A DNA stretch of 64,000 nt from Octopus sinensis. Lineage: Eukaryota. Of the stretch, positions 28,152 to 42,287 are shown in pieces. The first letter of the stretch is position 1. Every line of letters begins with the position of its first letter. Both the position numbers and the translations under genes were made by a program. The stretch lies in NCBI RefSeq assembly GCF_006345805.1, contig NC_043001.1, positions 78,368,001 through 78,432,000 of the forward strand, in the 5' to 3' direction. Below the pieces are notes generated by a model. The model did not search any database. It worked only from the letters and a program-made list of their open reading frames with translations, and was not told where the DNA came from.

Positions 28152-28470
28152 ACAGAATAAGGTCGTTATTTAAAATAACGATAATATCCAGTAGCCAGCA
28201 TAGAGAAAATACACCATATAGGTTATCATTATTAGTAAAGTCATGTATCATTTCATCCGGGCTGTATGAATACATGACGTGGTTTTAGAGTCAAGTCAAG
28301 TTTTGATTGCTATATCTAGCATGGTAGTATCCCTTTTGATACTAATAATTATAATTTTAATAATAATAATTATCTATAAGTTTTTTATTTATTTATTTAT
28401 TTTTTTTTACCATACTGGCCACTCCATATGATCGGTTATTTTAAACAACAGTCTATTGTCTTTTTATATA
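28152..28470. repeat. Old degenerate inverted-repeat element between TA tracts
   Basis: gttatttaaaataacgataatatccagtagccagcatag versus ccatactggccactccatatgatcggttattttaaacaac. Confidence 0.5.
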
Positions 28471-28645
28471 AATATATATTCACTTCGTCATTTTATACAT
28501 TGCGGTGATATTTCTGTCCATATAGCACATAGATTGGTCGAGTATATACGTTAATATATATGTATAATTACCTGCGTATATGTAAGTATTCGTATGTTGC
28601 ATGCATGTATATATATATATATATCTATATATATATATATATTAT

Positions 28646-28748
<103 letters not shown>

Positions 28749-28796
28749 ATAATATATCTATATATATCATAATTATATATATATATATATATATGT

Positions 28797-29180
28797 GGGA
28801 GGCGCAATGGCCCAGGGGTTAGGGCAGCGGATTCGCGGTCGTAGGATCGCGGTTTCGGTTCCCAGACCGGCGTTGGTGAGTGTTTATTGAGCGAAAACAC
28901 CTAAAGCTCCACGAGGCTCCGGCAGGGCATGGTGGTGATCCCTGCTGTACTCTTTCACCACAACTTTCTCTCACTCTTTCTTCCTGTTTCTGTTGTACCT
29001 GTACTTCAAAGGGCCGGCCTTGTCACTCTCTGTGTCACGCTGAATATCCCCGAGAACTACGTTAAGGGTACACGTGTCTGTGGAGTGCTCAGCCACTTAC
29101 ACGTTAATTTCACGAGCAGGCTGTTCCGTTGGTCGGATCAACCGGAACCCTCATCGTCGTAACCGACGAAGTGCTTCCCA
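28797..29180 (+). mobile_element. tRNA-derived SINE family C
   Basis: A-box-like tggcccaggggttagg, B-box-like ggtttcggttcc; 5' ~190 bp homologous to the 38174 copy. Confidence 0.85.
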
Positions 29181-29493
29181 TAATATATATATATATTTGT
29201 AATTATGTAATAATGTTGGTATATCTCACTCATGAGGCAGGGCATATTTATGCATCGCAAGAAATCGAGATCTGACATTATCCATTATTGTTTTGCTAGT
29301 TTATTTGTTCATTATATTTTCACCTGCGCTGTACGAATACATGATGTGGTTTTAGAGTTACGTTTTGTATGTATATTTATGTATAGGTATGCATGTATGT
29401 ATGTATATGTATGTATGTATAGGTATGTATATGAATGTATGTATATACATATAGTTTGATAGATAGATATAGATATACAAACATTCATATATA

Positions 29494-31172
29494 CGCTTGC
29501 GGCCAAAATGTGCAGAACGGCATTGTTTTCGTCAGAAAAGTAGATATAATTTTTTATCAAAGTTGTTTTATATTCTATAAATTTTACAGACAATAAATAC
29601 GATATTATTTGTTATTGTCTGAGATTTTGGTGTGATTTGAGAGGATAATACAAAAGTCATGAATGATTTAGTGATTTACTGCAAAACCCATGCCGGCCAA
29701 AATGATCAGAACGGTTGCTTTTACTCCGTGTTTTATTATATTGAACCGGCGAACTCTAATGTTTTGAATTTGTTTACTTGACGGTTTATTTACTAAACAT
29801 TAGTAAGAATATCTGCAGTGTACTTTGTTTATATAATGTCACTTACTCCGTTACCAATTCGTCAGCAGATTATTAAGCTTCGAAAGAAGGATAATTTAAG
29901 TATTGGGTCTATTGCAAAGATTGTTAACAAGTCAAAAAGTGTTGTTCATGATATTCTTAAGGTCTACGATGATTGTGGTTCGTGTGAAGCAAGAAAGTCT
30001 ACAGGTAAGCCAAGAAAAACGACCAAGTGAGAAGATCGTGCTATGGTAAAGTTGGTTAAAAAGAACAGATTTAAAACTGCTGCTGCTGTTTCTCGGGAAA
30101 TGAGCATTGTACTGAAGAAAACATTATCTCGAAAAACTGTGTCTCGTCGTTTAGTTGAATATGACCTACAAGCAAGAGCACCTGCAGTGAAACGACTGAT
30201 CAGCTCCAAGAATAAAAAGTGTCGTCTTACCTTTGCAACCGAACATGAGTTATGGTCTCAAGAAAAATGGCAAACGGTGCTTTTCAGTGATGAATCTAAG
30301 TTTATGTTATTTGGCTCAGATGGGAAACGGTGCTTTTCAGTGATGAATCTAAGTTTATGTTATTTGGCTCAGATGGGAAAAGGTTCGTCGAAAAGTAGGT
30401 GAAAAATTGTCGACTAAATGCCTTAAGACTAGTGTTAAATTCGGTGGAGGAAGTGTCATGGTTTGGGGGATGATATCTGGAGATGGTGTGGGCTCTTTGG
30501 TGCGATTACATGGAAGGTAAAATGCAGGAGTTCATAAACAAATTGTAAAAGATCATGTCTTGCCTGTGCTGAGAAATTCAACTAAGCGACCACCCATATT
30601 CATGCAGGACAATGCCCCATGTCACAAGGCTAAAGTGGTCATGAACTTCCTCAAGGCTGAAAAGGTTATTGTTATGGATTGGCCTGCTCAAAGCCCAGAT
30701 CTCAATCCTATTGAAAATGTGTGGAATATTCTAGGAGGGCGTTCGAAAGCCAGATATCCTAAAACAACCGAGCAATTATGGATGCCCATCAGGAAGAAAA
30801 TTGAATAAGTTCACCCAGCAAGAAATTGAAAATTTAGTCTCCTCATGCAGTCGAAGATGTCAAAGTGTGATTACAGCTAAAGGGCTTCACGCTAAATATT
30901 AAATAATTCAGTATTCTCTGTCATTTTTGATTATTTTGTTATTTTTTCAACCGTTCTGATCATTTTGGCCGGCATGGGTTTTGCAGTAAATCACTAAATC
31001 ATCCATAACTTTTGTATTATCCTCTCAAATTCACCAGAATCCCAGACAATAACAAATAATATCATATTTATTGTCTGTGAAAATTATAGAATATAAGACA
31101 ACTTTGATAAAAAAAATTATACCTACTTTTCTGACGAAAACAATGTCGTTCTGAACATTTTGGCCGCAACTG
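29494..31172 (+). mobile_element. Full-length Tc1 (DD34E) transposon with long IR/DR termini
   Basis: ~225-bp inverted repeats, each with two ggccaaaatgNN(N)cagaacg direct repeats; TA on both sides. Confidence 0.95.
29836..30902 (+). pseudogene. Disrupted Tc1 transposase
   Basis: MSLTPL...GKPRKT; FSDESKF; KFGGGSVMVWG; FMQDNAPCH; WPAQSPDLNPIENVW; ends AKY*; stops near 30028 and 30518; 53-bp tandem duplication at ~30273-30378. Confidence 0.92.
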
Positions 31173-31899
31173 TATGTATATATATATATATATATATGCT
31201 TGCATATATACATACATGCATACTCACATACACACACACATGTATACATGTGAGATCCTGATATGTATACAGGACGTAATGTAATTTATATCTGCATCAC
31301 TTCCTGTTGACTTTCGTGTGTGTTTATATGTGTGTATATAGATATACATATACATATGCATACATACATACATACAAACATATATATATATATATACGAG
31401 TTACGGAATTGAGTAGGAAAAACCCAGGCAATATATGTTCCATTGCGTTTAGAACCTCAAAATTAATAAAGTGCAAGCGCGGTGTATACCGCTGGATACT
31501 CTTGAGTCCAAAGATATCTTGATGAGATTAAAGGCTACATTCTAATTTCATAATCTTTGCGTCAACTAATACCTCCTTGCGACAATGTAGGCTTTACTCT
31601 ACACCTCGCTTGGATTTTACCACTTCTGATTTTGTACTCGCTATGAAACATATACAGCCCGGATTCTTTTATATTCTATTCCGTAATGCTTGCATTCTTT
31701 TTCGCGCTATCGTTAACACTGGTCGCCTACCGTGGAATCTGAAAATAATTTTTCCTGCTCATCGTTCTGCGATAAACAAAAATAATCCACGACCTTCCGT
31801 CTCAATAAACCACCATTGTTCTTGAAAGCTGTTTCTTAATATTAACTACGGATTGGTTGAAGCTATCTTTCTTACTACACCTCGATCCCTGGATCTTAC

Positions 31900-31950
<51 letters not shown>

Positions 31951-31960
31951 CACACACAAC

Positions 31961-32004
<44 letters not shown>

Positions 32005-32747
32005 CAAAACATTCAAACACTAAGATTTGAAATATGATATCACTACTGTTAATATCATATTTGGATAAAGTTTAAAACTGATAGTATCAACGGCAGTAAC
32101 ATAGGTGGATCGCAGGCAAAATAGCATTATATAGCTATGAATTATAAATTTGCATGAAGCATAATGATGCTTGAAAAAGGATACAACTGCTCGAAATAAT
32201 AGCTAAAGTCTTAAATTAATCCACCGTACAGCACCACGATAACAGAGAAAAAACAGTATGCGCGGAAAACGGAGAGAATTAATATATTCAATAGCGCAAA
32301 ATAAAATATTATGCAGTTTAGGACTTCCACATACACGGGTTTCGGCTTTTGGGTATTTAATCATTGGGCCCCTTTAGTGTGAATCACCTTGTAAGAATTC
32401 TTGTTGTTGTACGGTGGATTAATTTAGGACTACCTGCTTCTTGCTACCAAGCCCTCACAACAGTAAATAAGAAAAACAGACAGGAAAAATGTCCCTTGCA
32501 TATGAAAACTATGGAAATATTTTTTAAAAACATTTCATTTAAATTTTCCACAATATAATTTTTTTTCATGCTTTATTCTAACTTTAAATAGTCGCAAAAA
32601 CTGAAACCGGTACTAAAATGTTCTTCATGATAGAATTATTTTAGCATTTTCTACCTTATCTAATCAGTTAAGATCAGAAGCCATGAGAGCCACTGTCTGG
32701 TATTGTATCAGAGCATATTATTGTTATTAATGTTATTATTATTATTA

Positions 32748-32856
<109 letters not shown>

Positions 32857-35221
32857 CATGATCATTATTATTATGATCATTTTATTATTATTATTATTTT
32901 CATTATTATTATTATTATGATTATTATTATCATTATTACTATTATCTATAGATGTGAGAACGGAGAAGATGTGAAATGTCATAATCAGATCATTTAAGAA
33001 ACATATAACGTGGCTCTCTTTGCATAAGTAGATGCACCTGTGTCTTTGGTTGAATTACTTTTTACCTATTCACGCAGTCATTTAAGAATGTAAAGTATCT
33101 CTGGCGTCAGTGTCTGCCGTGTCATTATGCGTTTGTGTGTTTGCTTGTTTTTATATATCTCTGCCCTCTAACCCCACACGTAGCTACCAACAGATGGTAT
33201 CCTCTACTGTCCAAGACCTCATCTCGTCCTCCCGTCTCCCCCGCACCGCATCCAACCTAATTGTGCGAACCCCACGTACCCCCACCATTTACTTCCTCCC
33301 CAAAATCCACAAACCCAACAACCCTGGCCGCCCCATCGTCTCCGCCTGTAACTGCCCCACGGAGCTCATCTCTAAATACCTCGACCGTGTCCTTGCCCCC
33401 CTAGTGGCATCTCTTCCTCCCACATCCACGATAGCAACCATGCTCTCCGGCTTTTCAACCTTTTCTCCTTTCCTCCCGGCCCCTCCAAAATCCTTTTTAC
33501 TATGGACATCCAAAGCCTCTATACTGTTATCCCTCACCACGAAGGACTGCAGGCCCTTCGACACTTTCTTGACCTCCGCTCTAACCCTGTACCTGACACC
33601 TCCACACTCATTCGTCTGGCCGAACTTGTCCTTACTCTGAACTGCTTCTCGTTCGCGGGCGAGTTCTACCATCAGATCTCGGGAGTGACCATGGGAACGC
33701 GAATGGGCCCCAACTATGCGAACCTGTTCGTTGGCTATGTTGAGGCCCAAATATTCTCTAATTTCACTGGTCCCACTCCTGAACTATATGGTCGTTATAT
33801 TGACGACATTATCGGTGCCACCTCACTCTCCCGCGAACATCTAGATTCCTTCCTCTCTTTCGTCCAATCTTTCCATCCAGCCCTCCAATTCACTTCCACT
33901 ATCTCCAACACCTCTGTCTCCTTCCTCGACATTTCGGTTAGCATTCTTCACTCCACTCTTACCACCTCCATTAACTACAAACACTCATACCTCAACTTCT
34001 CTTCCTCCCACCCAGAACACACCAAGCTTTCCATCCCCTATTCCCAATTCCTCCGTCTACGTAGGCTCTGTAGTGACGACCATGACTTTGAGACTCAGTC
34101 TCAACGTATGGCTCACCACTTCAACCTACGTGGATACCCCCTCACCACTATCCACACCGCCCTTGCCAGAGCACGGTCCGTGGACCGTGTATCTGCTCTC
34201 TCTCCCCGACCCGCCCTGTAGTCTCCCGCCTCCCTTTTCCCTCACTTACCACCCCACGACCCTACCTCTCCAACGCACCATTCTTCGAGCTTTCCGTCAT
34301 CTCCAGTCCGACCCGTCCACTTCACACCTCTTCCCTAACCGACCCCTCCCCTCTTTCAAACGAGCCCACAACCTTCGAGACCTTTTGGTCCATAGCTCCT
34401 TCCCTGACCCTACCTCCCAACCCGGCTCGTTCCCCTGCTCCCGCCCACGTTGCCGCACTTGCCCTTACCTCTCCAACACCACCCGCCTCACTAGCACCCA
34501 CCATCGACCCTATCCCATCATCCACTCCTTCACCTGCACCTCCAGCAATATTATCTATTGCATCTCTTGCTCTCTCTGCAATTCCTTGTACATCGGACAA
34601 ACGGGACGCCGCTTGGCTGACCGGTTCGCGGAACACCTTCGTGACATCCACCTTGCGAATGACACACCGGTCTCACGCCATTTCCGCTCCACCGGTCACT
34701 CCTTGCAACACCTATCTGTGTTCGGTTTGTCCTTACACAGAGGCCATCCGGATTCCCGTTTGCGCCTAGAACAGGAATTAATCTTCTCTCTTCGCTCTTA
34801 TACGCCATTTGGTCTCAACTCTCCCCCCTCCTCATCTAACCCACTCTCCCCCCTCCTCACCTATCCTTTCTCCCCCGACCCTACTTCAGTCCTTTCACCC
34901 CTACCCCCCTTCCCTTCTTCCCTCTTTCTCCCTCCCTCTCCCCTTCCCTCTGCTCCTCCCTCACTCCCTCTCTCTCCCTTCTCTCTCCCCCTCTCCCTCT
35001 TTCCTCCTTCATCCCCCTCCTCACCTTCTTCTCCCCCATCGTCTCCTCTTCCCCTTCCTTCCCCCCTCTTCTTCCCCTCCCCTTCTACCCCCTCTTCCCC
35101 CTCCCCCCCCCCCTCTTCTCCTCACTACACCACATGACTTTACACATCACATCACATATGATGTGCCATACTAATACACACACCACTAATACATACTAAT
35201 ACGTACTAATACATACTAGTA

Positions 35222-35490
35222 CATACTAATACTTACACCAACCCTATACATACACACGTCCAGACTCCGCATACGCACTTATACTCTCTCACACACACAC
35301 ACACACACCTATACATACCAATACGTACTAATACATACTAATACATACTAATACATACACCAACCCCATACATACGCACGTCCAGACCAATCTTACGCAC
35401 TAATACTCTCTCATACACACACACACACACACACACCCTTATACATACTAATACATACACCAACCCTATACATACACACATCCAGACCCC
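35222..35490 (+). repeat. ~110-bp tandem repeat (2.5 copies) in the Penelope 3' region
   Basis: catactaatac(t/a)tacaccaaccc(t/c)atacatac..gtccagac at 35222, 35344, 35445. Confidence 0.8.
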
Positions 35491-35673
35491 CTCCCACGCA
35501 CTTTTAGCTGGTCCCTCAACCCTTTTATCAACCCTATTATCTCCCCTTATTTCGCTCTCGCGTCTCATGTTTGATCTTTGACCTCTGGCCGAAATCAGAT
35601 CGCCATGTTGATTCGTTAGCTACTGCACGCATTTTTTTCTCTCCTTCTTTCTGTGTTTTTCTCTCTCTGTGTA

Positions 35674-35711
35674 TCTTTCTGTTGAAGAGCGTAGGCTCGA
35701 AACGTTAAAGA
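35674..35711 (+). ncRNA. Variant minimal hammerhead motif in the pLTR
   Basis: tcttt-CTGTTGA-A-gagc gtag gctc-GAAACGTT-aaaga: stem I 5 bp, stem II 4 bp, palindromic ACGT stem III; core has U at position 6. Confidence 0.6.
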
Positions 35712-35809
35712 CTTGTTTTATTTATATTTCCTGAGCGCCCTACTAATACAATTGTTCGTTTGTTTTCCACCTGCCTTCGTCTTCTGTTTATTTTCATAAA
35801 GCTTCCCGT

Positions 35810-35886
<77 letters not shown>

Positions 35887-36044
35887 ATGTGTGTGTGTGT
35901 GTCCGTCCTTGTGAGAGTTAATGTTGTACGTTTACCAGAGTATATAACCGACAAGGAGTACAGAGTCTCGCGAACATTTTCAGGACTGACGGTAGCTATT
36001 GTTGGAATGGTTTACTGCTACTACTACTACTACTACTACTACTA

Positions 36045-36091
<47 letters not shown>

Positions 36092-36944
36092 ATACAACCA
36101 TGTTTCTATGAACAAAATAATCAATCTTTTTAAAACTGTGAAATCGTTTAAAAAGCAAATAAAATGCAAAAATGAAAACAATTCCTTCTTAAAAATTAGA
36201 AATAATAAGAGATGATTAAAGTTTAATACATCTATCCTTTTGAAACACTACAAATATAGGAAAAAAACAACGACCCTTGAAGATGAAGCAAGCGAACATT
36301 TATAATTCATTCCGTAGTCTACAATACTTTGAACGTAGACCACCGTTAGCAATATCCAAGGCCGTATTTCTGGTTGTACAAAGAAAATACGTGTTTCTTC
36401 CTTACGTATTAAATCTTAAATTTGAAAAAGAAAGATATTAAGTACTCTGCATGCACTGATTTTAGTTCTTGAATCTTGGCGGGGTGTGAACTCGGGGAGT
36501 AAATCCTGGAATAACTAACTCTAGACATTTTGATTTTGTAGGAAGAATATAATACGATATCAGTGGTATGATAATAAAGATAATTATGGTGATGATGATG
36601 ATGACGACGACGACGATGATGAGAAGGAGGCAGAGGTGCAATATTCTAGAATATCGATGATGTTGGTAGTCGAGTTGAGGGTCATTTCCGATACTCTTTA
36701 TTTTTTGGTAGATTTACGAATACTGTTGTTCTGATCTGTGGTTATTTGCAATTACGGTAATTTGTTTGTAGTATGAATATTTGTGGTGTAAGTGATATCG
36801 CTATTGACTGAACGGTAATGGTCTTACTGGTGGGTTTGGTATGATAGTAATGCTGGTTTTAGTTCTGGCGATTGTAGTGGTCATCATGATGATAGTATTG
36901 TCGGTTGTTGTATTCAGATTTACATACAAATTAAGAAGAATACC

Positions 36945-36986
<42 letters not shown>

Positions 36987-38173
36987 GGAGTGGGGATGGT
37001 GGTGGTGATAGTGGTCATGAGTGTGATAATAAAAACGTTGGCCTTTTTCTTTATGTATTTTATCAAAAGAGCATCACTGAGGGAACTTTCAAAGACGGTG
37101 TACAAAACCATTCGTGACTTTACACTGTGTATGTATCATAAAACGCAGGAAGAAACATAAACGTAAAATAAGCTATGAGTTTTCTTATGGACGAGAAAAG
37201 AACATCATAGGACCTGGATTACTTTGATGACTAATGACTATTGACAACTCCTACTTCTGATTGTTGAGTCAGCTTCATACTAATGCACCTTCGATATAAC
37301 CGCTTATCTTTCAGCTCCACTTTTCTTTTCATGTGTTAATAGAAATCGTTATTTTGAAGGAAGTGGATAATTTCTGATTACATTCTTACAAATGACGCCA
37401 AGCTCATTAAATGCTTCGTCAAAGCCATTATACGGAATAAAACTATCTATTGTTTCTTATTATTACCATGTGGTGAGGTGATCGTTGCCTCGCCCAACAA
37501 CCGAATCTGTCCTTCACACGATAAATCCTGTTGGATGTAATTCTACATTGTATCATTGTTCTAGTATCGAAAGTATTGATAGAATATGGTCCGTGATAGC
37601 AGATATTTCAATCACGTAATAATGCCATAAAGCTATCTTTATATCCAACTTAATGCGTATCTTTTCTTTGGGCACAGAATAATGCGTTTTCTACCTTGAG
37701 AGGAAATCTCATAACAACGCAAGGTGCGAAAAAGCACTCATAATCATATTGTTAGAGACGAAAATTATCTGCTACAGGCGCCAGTACTGTCATATCACGT
37801 GATTTCAACCTACCGGTTTTCTTCAGTGAGAGAAGTCGGGAAGCAGCATAAGAGCCGAAATTCATTTTCAATAATATATACAATTTCAGTATCTGTTCAG
37901 GTAATGATATCGCCTGAACAAATAGCGGACTATTCTCGTCTGCCTACGATATAGATATGAGTGTTTTTATGCAGCATATCTCCATGTGAGAAATCCTCAC
38001 GCGGTAAGTGTATATGTTTGTGCGTGCGCGCATTGTGTGTGAATATGTGTGCATGTATGTATGTTACCTATTACATACATACTTACGTACATATACACAG
38101 AAACCATAAATGCAAAATTTACTTATAGACTTCCATATGTTAGTTTAAAAAAAAAATCTTTAATATATTTACA

Positions 38174-38491
38174 GTGGAGGCACATGGTCTAGTGGTTAGA
38201 GCAGCGGATTCGATGTCGAGGGATCGCGGGTTCCAATCTCAGACCGAGCGATATGTGTGTTTATGAGCGAAACACCTAAACTCCACGCGGCTCCGGCAGA
38301 AGGTAATGGCGTACTTCTGCTGACTCTTTCACCACAACTCTCTCTCTCTCACTCTTTCCTCCTGCATCTTGTAGCTCACCTGCGACAAACCGGCGTACTG
38401 TCCATGTGGGGAACCTATACGCCAAAGAAACCGGGAAACAGGCCCTAATGAGCCAGCCATGGATAGAGAAGGAGCAAACAACAACAACAGC
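38174..38491 (+). mobile_element. SINE family C variant with (ACA)n tail
   Basis: tRNA-like head tggtctagtggttagagc...gggttccaatct; 12-bp TSD aatatatttaca at 38162-38173 and 38492-38503. Confidence 0.9.
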
Positions 38492-38686
38492 AATATATTT
38501 ACAACTGTGGTTTCCTAGATGTCTAGTTTGGTATCCATATCAATTTCTTATTCTTTCTCTATGTTGCCAATTACATGTTTGCATACATGACGACTACTTA
38601 GATTCGAACTTTTGACTATGCAATATCCAGTAAGCTTACCTATGAGCACCTCTTTTTTAGATTTGATCTATCTATCTATCTATCTC

Positions 38687-38728
<42 letters not shown>

Positions 38729-39004
38729 CATCTATTCAATGATGTATTTATACATCCATCAATCTAATCACATCTATCCCCATATTAGATTCTTCTGCTG
38801 ATAGCCACATATTATAGAAGTATATAGTATAACACTAAGAAGAGAACCGACTCTCACATGAACACAGACACACCTGCACACATTCATGTACATAAAAGCA
38901 TATACATGTATGTATGTATGTATGTATGTATGTATGTATATATATATATATATACATATATAGACGCATATATACATATACGTATGTAAGTGTGTATGTG
39001 TATG

Positions 39005-39063
<59 letters not shown>

Positions 39064-39507
39064 ATATGCGTGTGTGTGCGTATGCGTGTATTTGTATTTT
39101 CCACAGATGTATATGTAAAACTAATTTTCCTGCCTCAAGAATTGCTTGGCAATTGTAACCAAATATATACCCGCGCGCGCACACACACACATATATATGT
39201 AGGCATATATGTACATACATACAGTGACACGCGCACATTCACTTCACATATGTGCTTATGTGTATGTATGTGGTTGTGTATGTCCCTCTCTGTGCACTAA
39301 TCCCATGAGCAAGCAGAATTTTGAAAGCCAGGTAACAAAGAATCTGATGCAATTATATTCTCTAAGACATCACCTTATCCTGAACATAAAGCATCTTGAG
39401 ATATTTCTTTTGCTTTGTCCACTCCATCACCATGGCAACTAGATTTGGCTTCAGCATCTTTTCAATGCCACGTCCAGATAGCTACTCTCCGTTTAATGAC
39501 TCACGGT

Positions 39508-39512
39508 TAATG

Positions 39513-39566
<54 letters not shown>

Positions 39567-39573
39567 GTCATAA

Positions 39574-39637
<64 letters not shown>

Positions 39638-39871
39638 TATAATAATAATAACAAAAGCAAAAATAATCCGATAATATAACATGCAACAATCACAAGAATA
39701 TCAAGGGCTACAACAAGAGCAATAGCAGCTGCAGTAACAACAACAACAACGGCTGTAACAGATGAGTTTTAGCCCAGCTTCAATATCAACAAACATTGCA
39801 ACCACCATAACATCTACAATTTTCACAAGCAGGACTAACAAATCCTGCAGCTCTTGCTGTCACTACTACTA

Positions 39872-39913
<42 letters not shown>

Positions 39914-39967
39914 TAGCTGCTGCTGTTGCTGCTGCTGTTTCTGCTCTTGCTGCCACTACTACTACTG

Positions 39968-40004
<37 letters not shown>

Positions 40005-40108
40005 AACTATTACTACTACTACTACTATTACTACTAGTGTTACTACTACTACTGCTGCTGCTCCCTCAGCTCTTGCTGTCACTACTACTACTACTACTAC
40101 TACTACTA

Positions 40109-40154
<46 letters not shown>

Positions 40155-40160
40155 GCCACT
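39508..40160. repeat. (TAA)n and (CTA/CTG)n trinucleotide tracts
   Basis: Direct inspection. Confidence 0.9.
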
Positions 40161-40596
40161 CCTGTTGCAATAGCTAGAACATCAGCAGCAGGAATAGTAG
40201 TAGCGGGAAACAGCAGAAATATCTAGCAACTGTGACATACTATAAGGGAACAATAATAACAATAACAAAATCAACGGCAATAACAAGAAGAAGAATACAA
40301 ATGTTAAAATGACCACAACAATAACTGCGAAGAACATTAGGAACAAGAACTAAAAAAATAAAAAAAAAAGAAACTGCAAACACCTAGAAGTAACAAGAAC
40401 AAAAAATAGCGAAAAAAAAAAAAAAATGCAAACTCGAAGTAACGAACGGTAAAAGTAATCCCATTGAAAACAACATGAAAATCAAAGAACACGAAATCCG
40501 GTGATCACAAGAAGGACTACGCAGACAGTGATACAAACAGCAACAGAAACAATTATTACATGCAAAAGTATATAACAAACACAGTGATCATTTTCA

Positions 40597-41014
40597 GTGG
40601 CGAGCTGGCAGAAACGTCAGCACACCGGGCGAAATGCTTGGCGCTATTTCGTTTGCCGTTACGTTCTGAGTTCAAAATCAGCCGAGGTCGACTTTGCCTT
40701 TCATCCTTTCAGGGTCGATTAAATAAGTACCAGTTACGCACTGGGGTCGATATAATCGACTCAATCCGTTTGTCTGTCCTTGTTTGTCCTCTCTGTGGTT
40801 AGTCTGTCCTTGTTTGTCCCCTTGTGGTTAGTAAAGAAATAGGTATTTCGTCTGTCTTTACATTCTGAGTTGAAATTCCGCCGAGGTCGACTTTGACTTT
40901 CATTCTTTCGGGGTCGATAAATTAAGTATCAGTTGTCTACTGGGGTCGATGTAATCTACTAGCCTTTTCCTCCAAAATTTCGGGCTTTGTGCTTACTGTA
41001 GGAAAGAATAATCG
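40597..41014 (+). mobile_element. Dimeric SINE family A
   Basis: ggcgagctggcagaaacg head, core gtcgactttgcctttcatcctttc, tail 1, then a second core and tail 2; TSD tcattttca at 40588-40596 and 41015-41023. Confidence 0.9.
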
Positions 41015-41144
41015 TCATTTTCATCACCACCATCGCAGAATTCTTGGCCTGCTAGAAATAGCACCCAAATCAATAGCGTGAAGTAACAATGGAGTGATAG
41101 TAAATGTATCATTTACAAGGAAGTATTAATGCATGTATATGTTG

Positions 41145-41373
41145 ATTATGATGCCGATGTTCATGATGACATGGACGACAACGACGACAACGATGATGAT
41201 GATTATGATAAAAATAATAATGATAATGATGTTGATGAGGTTTGCACGATCGTCATGGTGAAAGATTGAAGATGAGGATTATGTGCCTGGTGATGATGAT
41301 TATGTCGATGATGATGTTGATGACAACGTTGACGACAACGACGACGGCGATGATGGAGGTGATAAAAATGATA

Positions 41374-41407
<34 letters not shown>

Positions 41408-41940
41408 GGATTATGTGACTGGTGATGATAATTATGACGATGACGATGACAGTGATGAAGATGGAGCTACTGATGATGATGATGATGCTGACAACGATGA
41501 TGATAACTAAGATAGTATTGCCGATATGGTTGTGGAGAGAATTGAATAAGAGAATTATGTGCATGGTGATGATAATTATGATGACAATGATGTTGAAGAT
41601 GGTGCTCCTGATGCTGATGATGATACGTACGACGACGACGACGACGATGACGATGATGACAATGATGGTGGTTGTGGTGGTGACAGCGAAATCGATGGTG
41701 TGCACGATGATAATGCTGATTATGACGACGACGACGAAGGCGACATGGTTGATGATGATGATGATGATGACTTTGACGATGAGGATGAGGATGATGATGA
41801 TGAGGAAGATGATGATAATAATGATGACGACGACAAAAAGCAACGACGATACTTATACTGATGATGATGATGACGATGGCGATGACCATGATAATAATGA
41901 CGACGACGACGACAACGACGATGTTGATGAAAACGACTGT
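41145..41940 (+). repeat. Degenerate (GAT/GAC)n tract with higher-order ~130-150-bp repeats
   Basis: gag(g/a)attatgtg..tggtgatgat.attatg recurs at ~41276, ~41406, ~41550. Confidence 0.8.
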
Positions 41941-42287
41941 CGTAAAAATAATAAGACAGAAGAGAATGTGATCCAGAAAAGATTTTATATCAATCAATCC
42001 TAACTTCCACTTGAAGTGTAAACTCATTTGACTTGATATCTCTTCACCACATTACATTCCTAAACTACAAATCATTGCATTCTATTTCACAACACTTCGA
42101 CATTTTAGCGCATATAACTACCATATTTCATTTATTTGAAGGCTACAATTCACAGAACTACACAGCATTGTACAATATTTCTACGCTTCCAGTATTTCCC
42201 CATTATACGAACGTACTATAGTGCACTAATTTGATATCTATATCATATTATTTGGCGCCATTTTATCCCAATAGTTCACAATATAAT

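Larger units (their letters stand above)
33150..35810 (+). mobile_element. Penelope-like element (Neptune-type), 5'-truncated, with 3' pLTR
   Basis: YFLPKIHK..PGRPIVS; MDIQSLYT; MGTRMGPNYANLFVG; RYIDD; CSRPRCRTC; GIY-YIG NIIYCISC...YIGQTGRRLADRFAEH...GLN; two frameshifts (~33420, ~34220); ends at (TA)n. Confidence 0.95.

Noticed and set aside
28797-28870. tRNA-like sequences at SINE heads (also 38174, 40597, 42288)
   Set aside because: A/B boxes run into SINE bodies with no complete cloverleaf; not tRNA genes
35222-35490. Spaced repeats superficially like a CRISPR array
   Set aside because: Whole units are homologous, context is eukaryotic, and there are no cas genes
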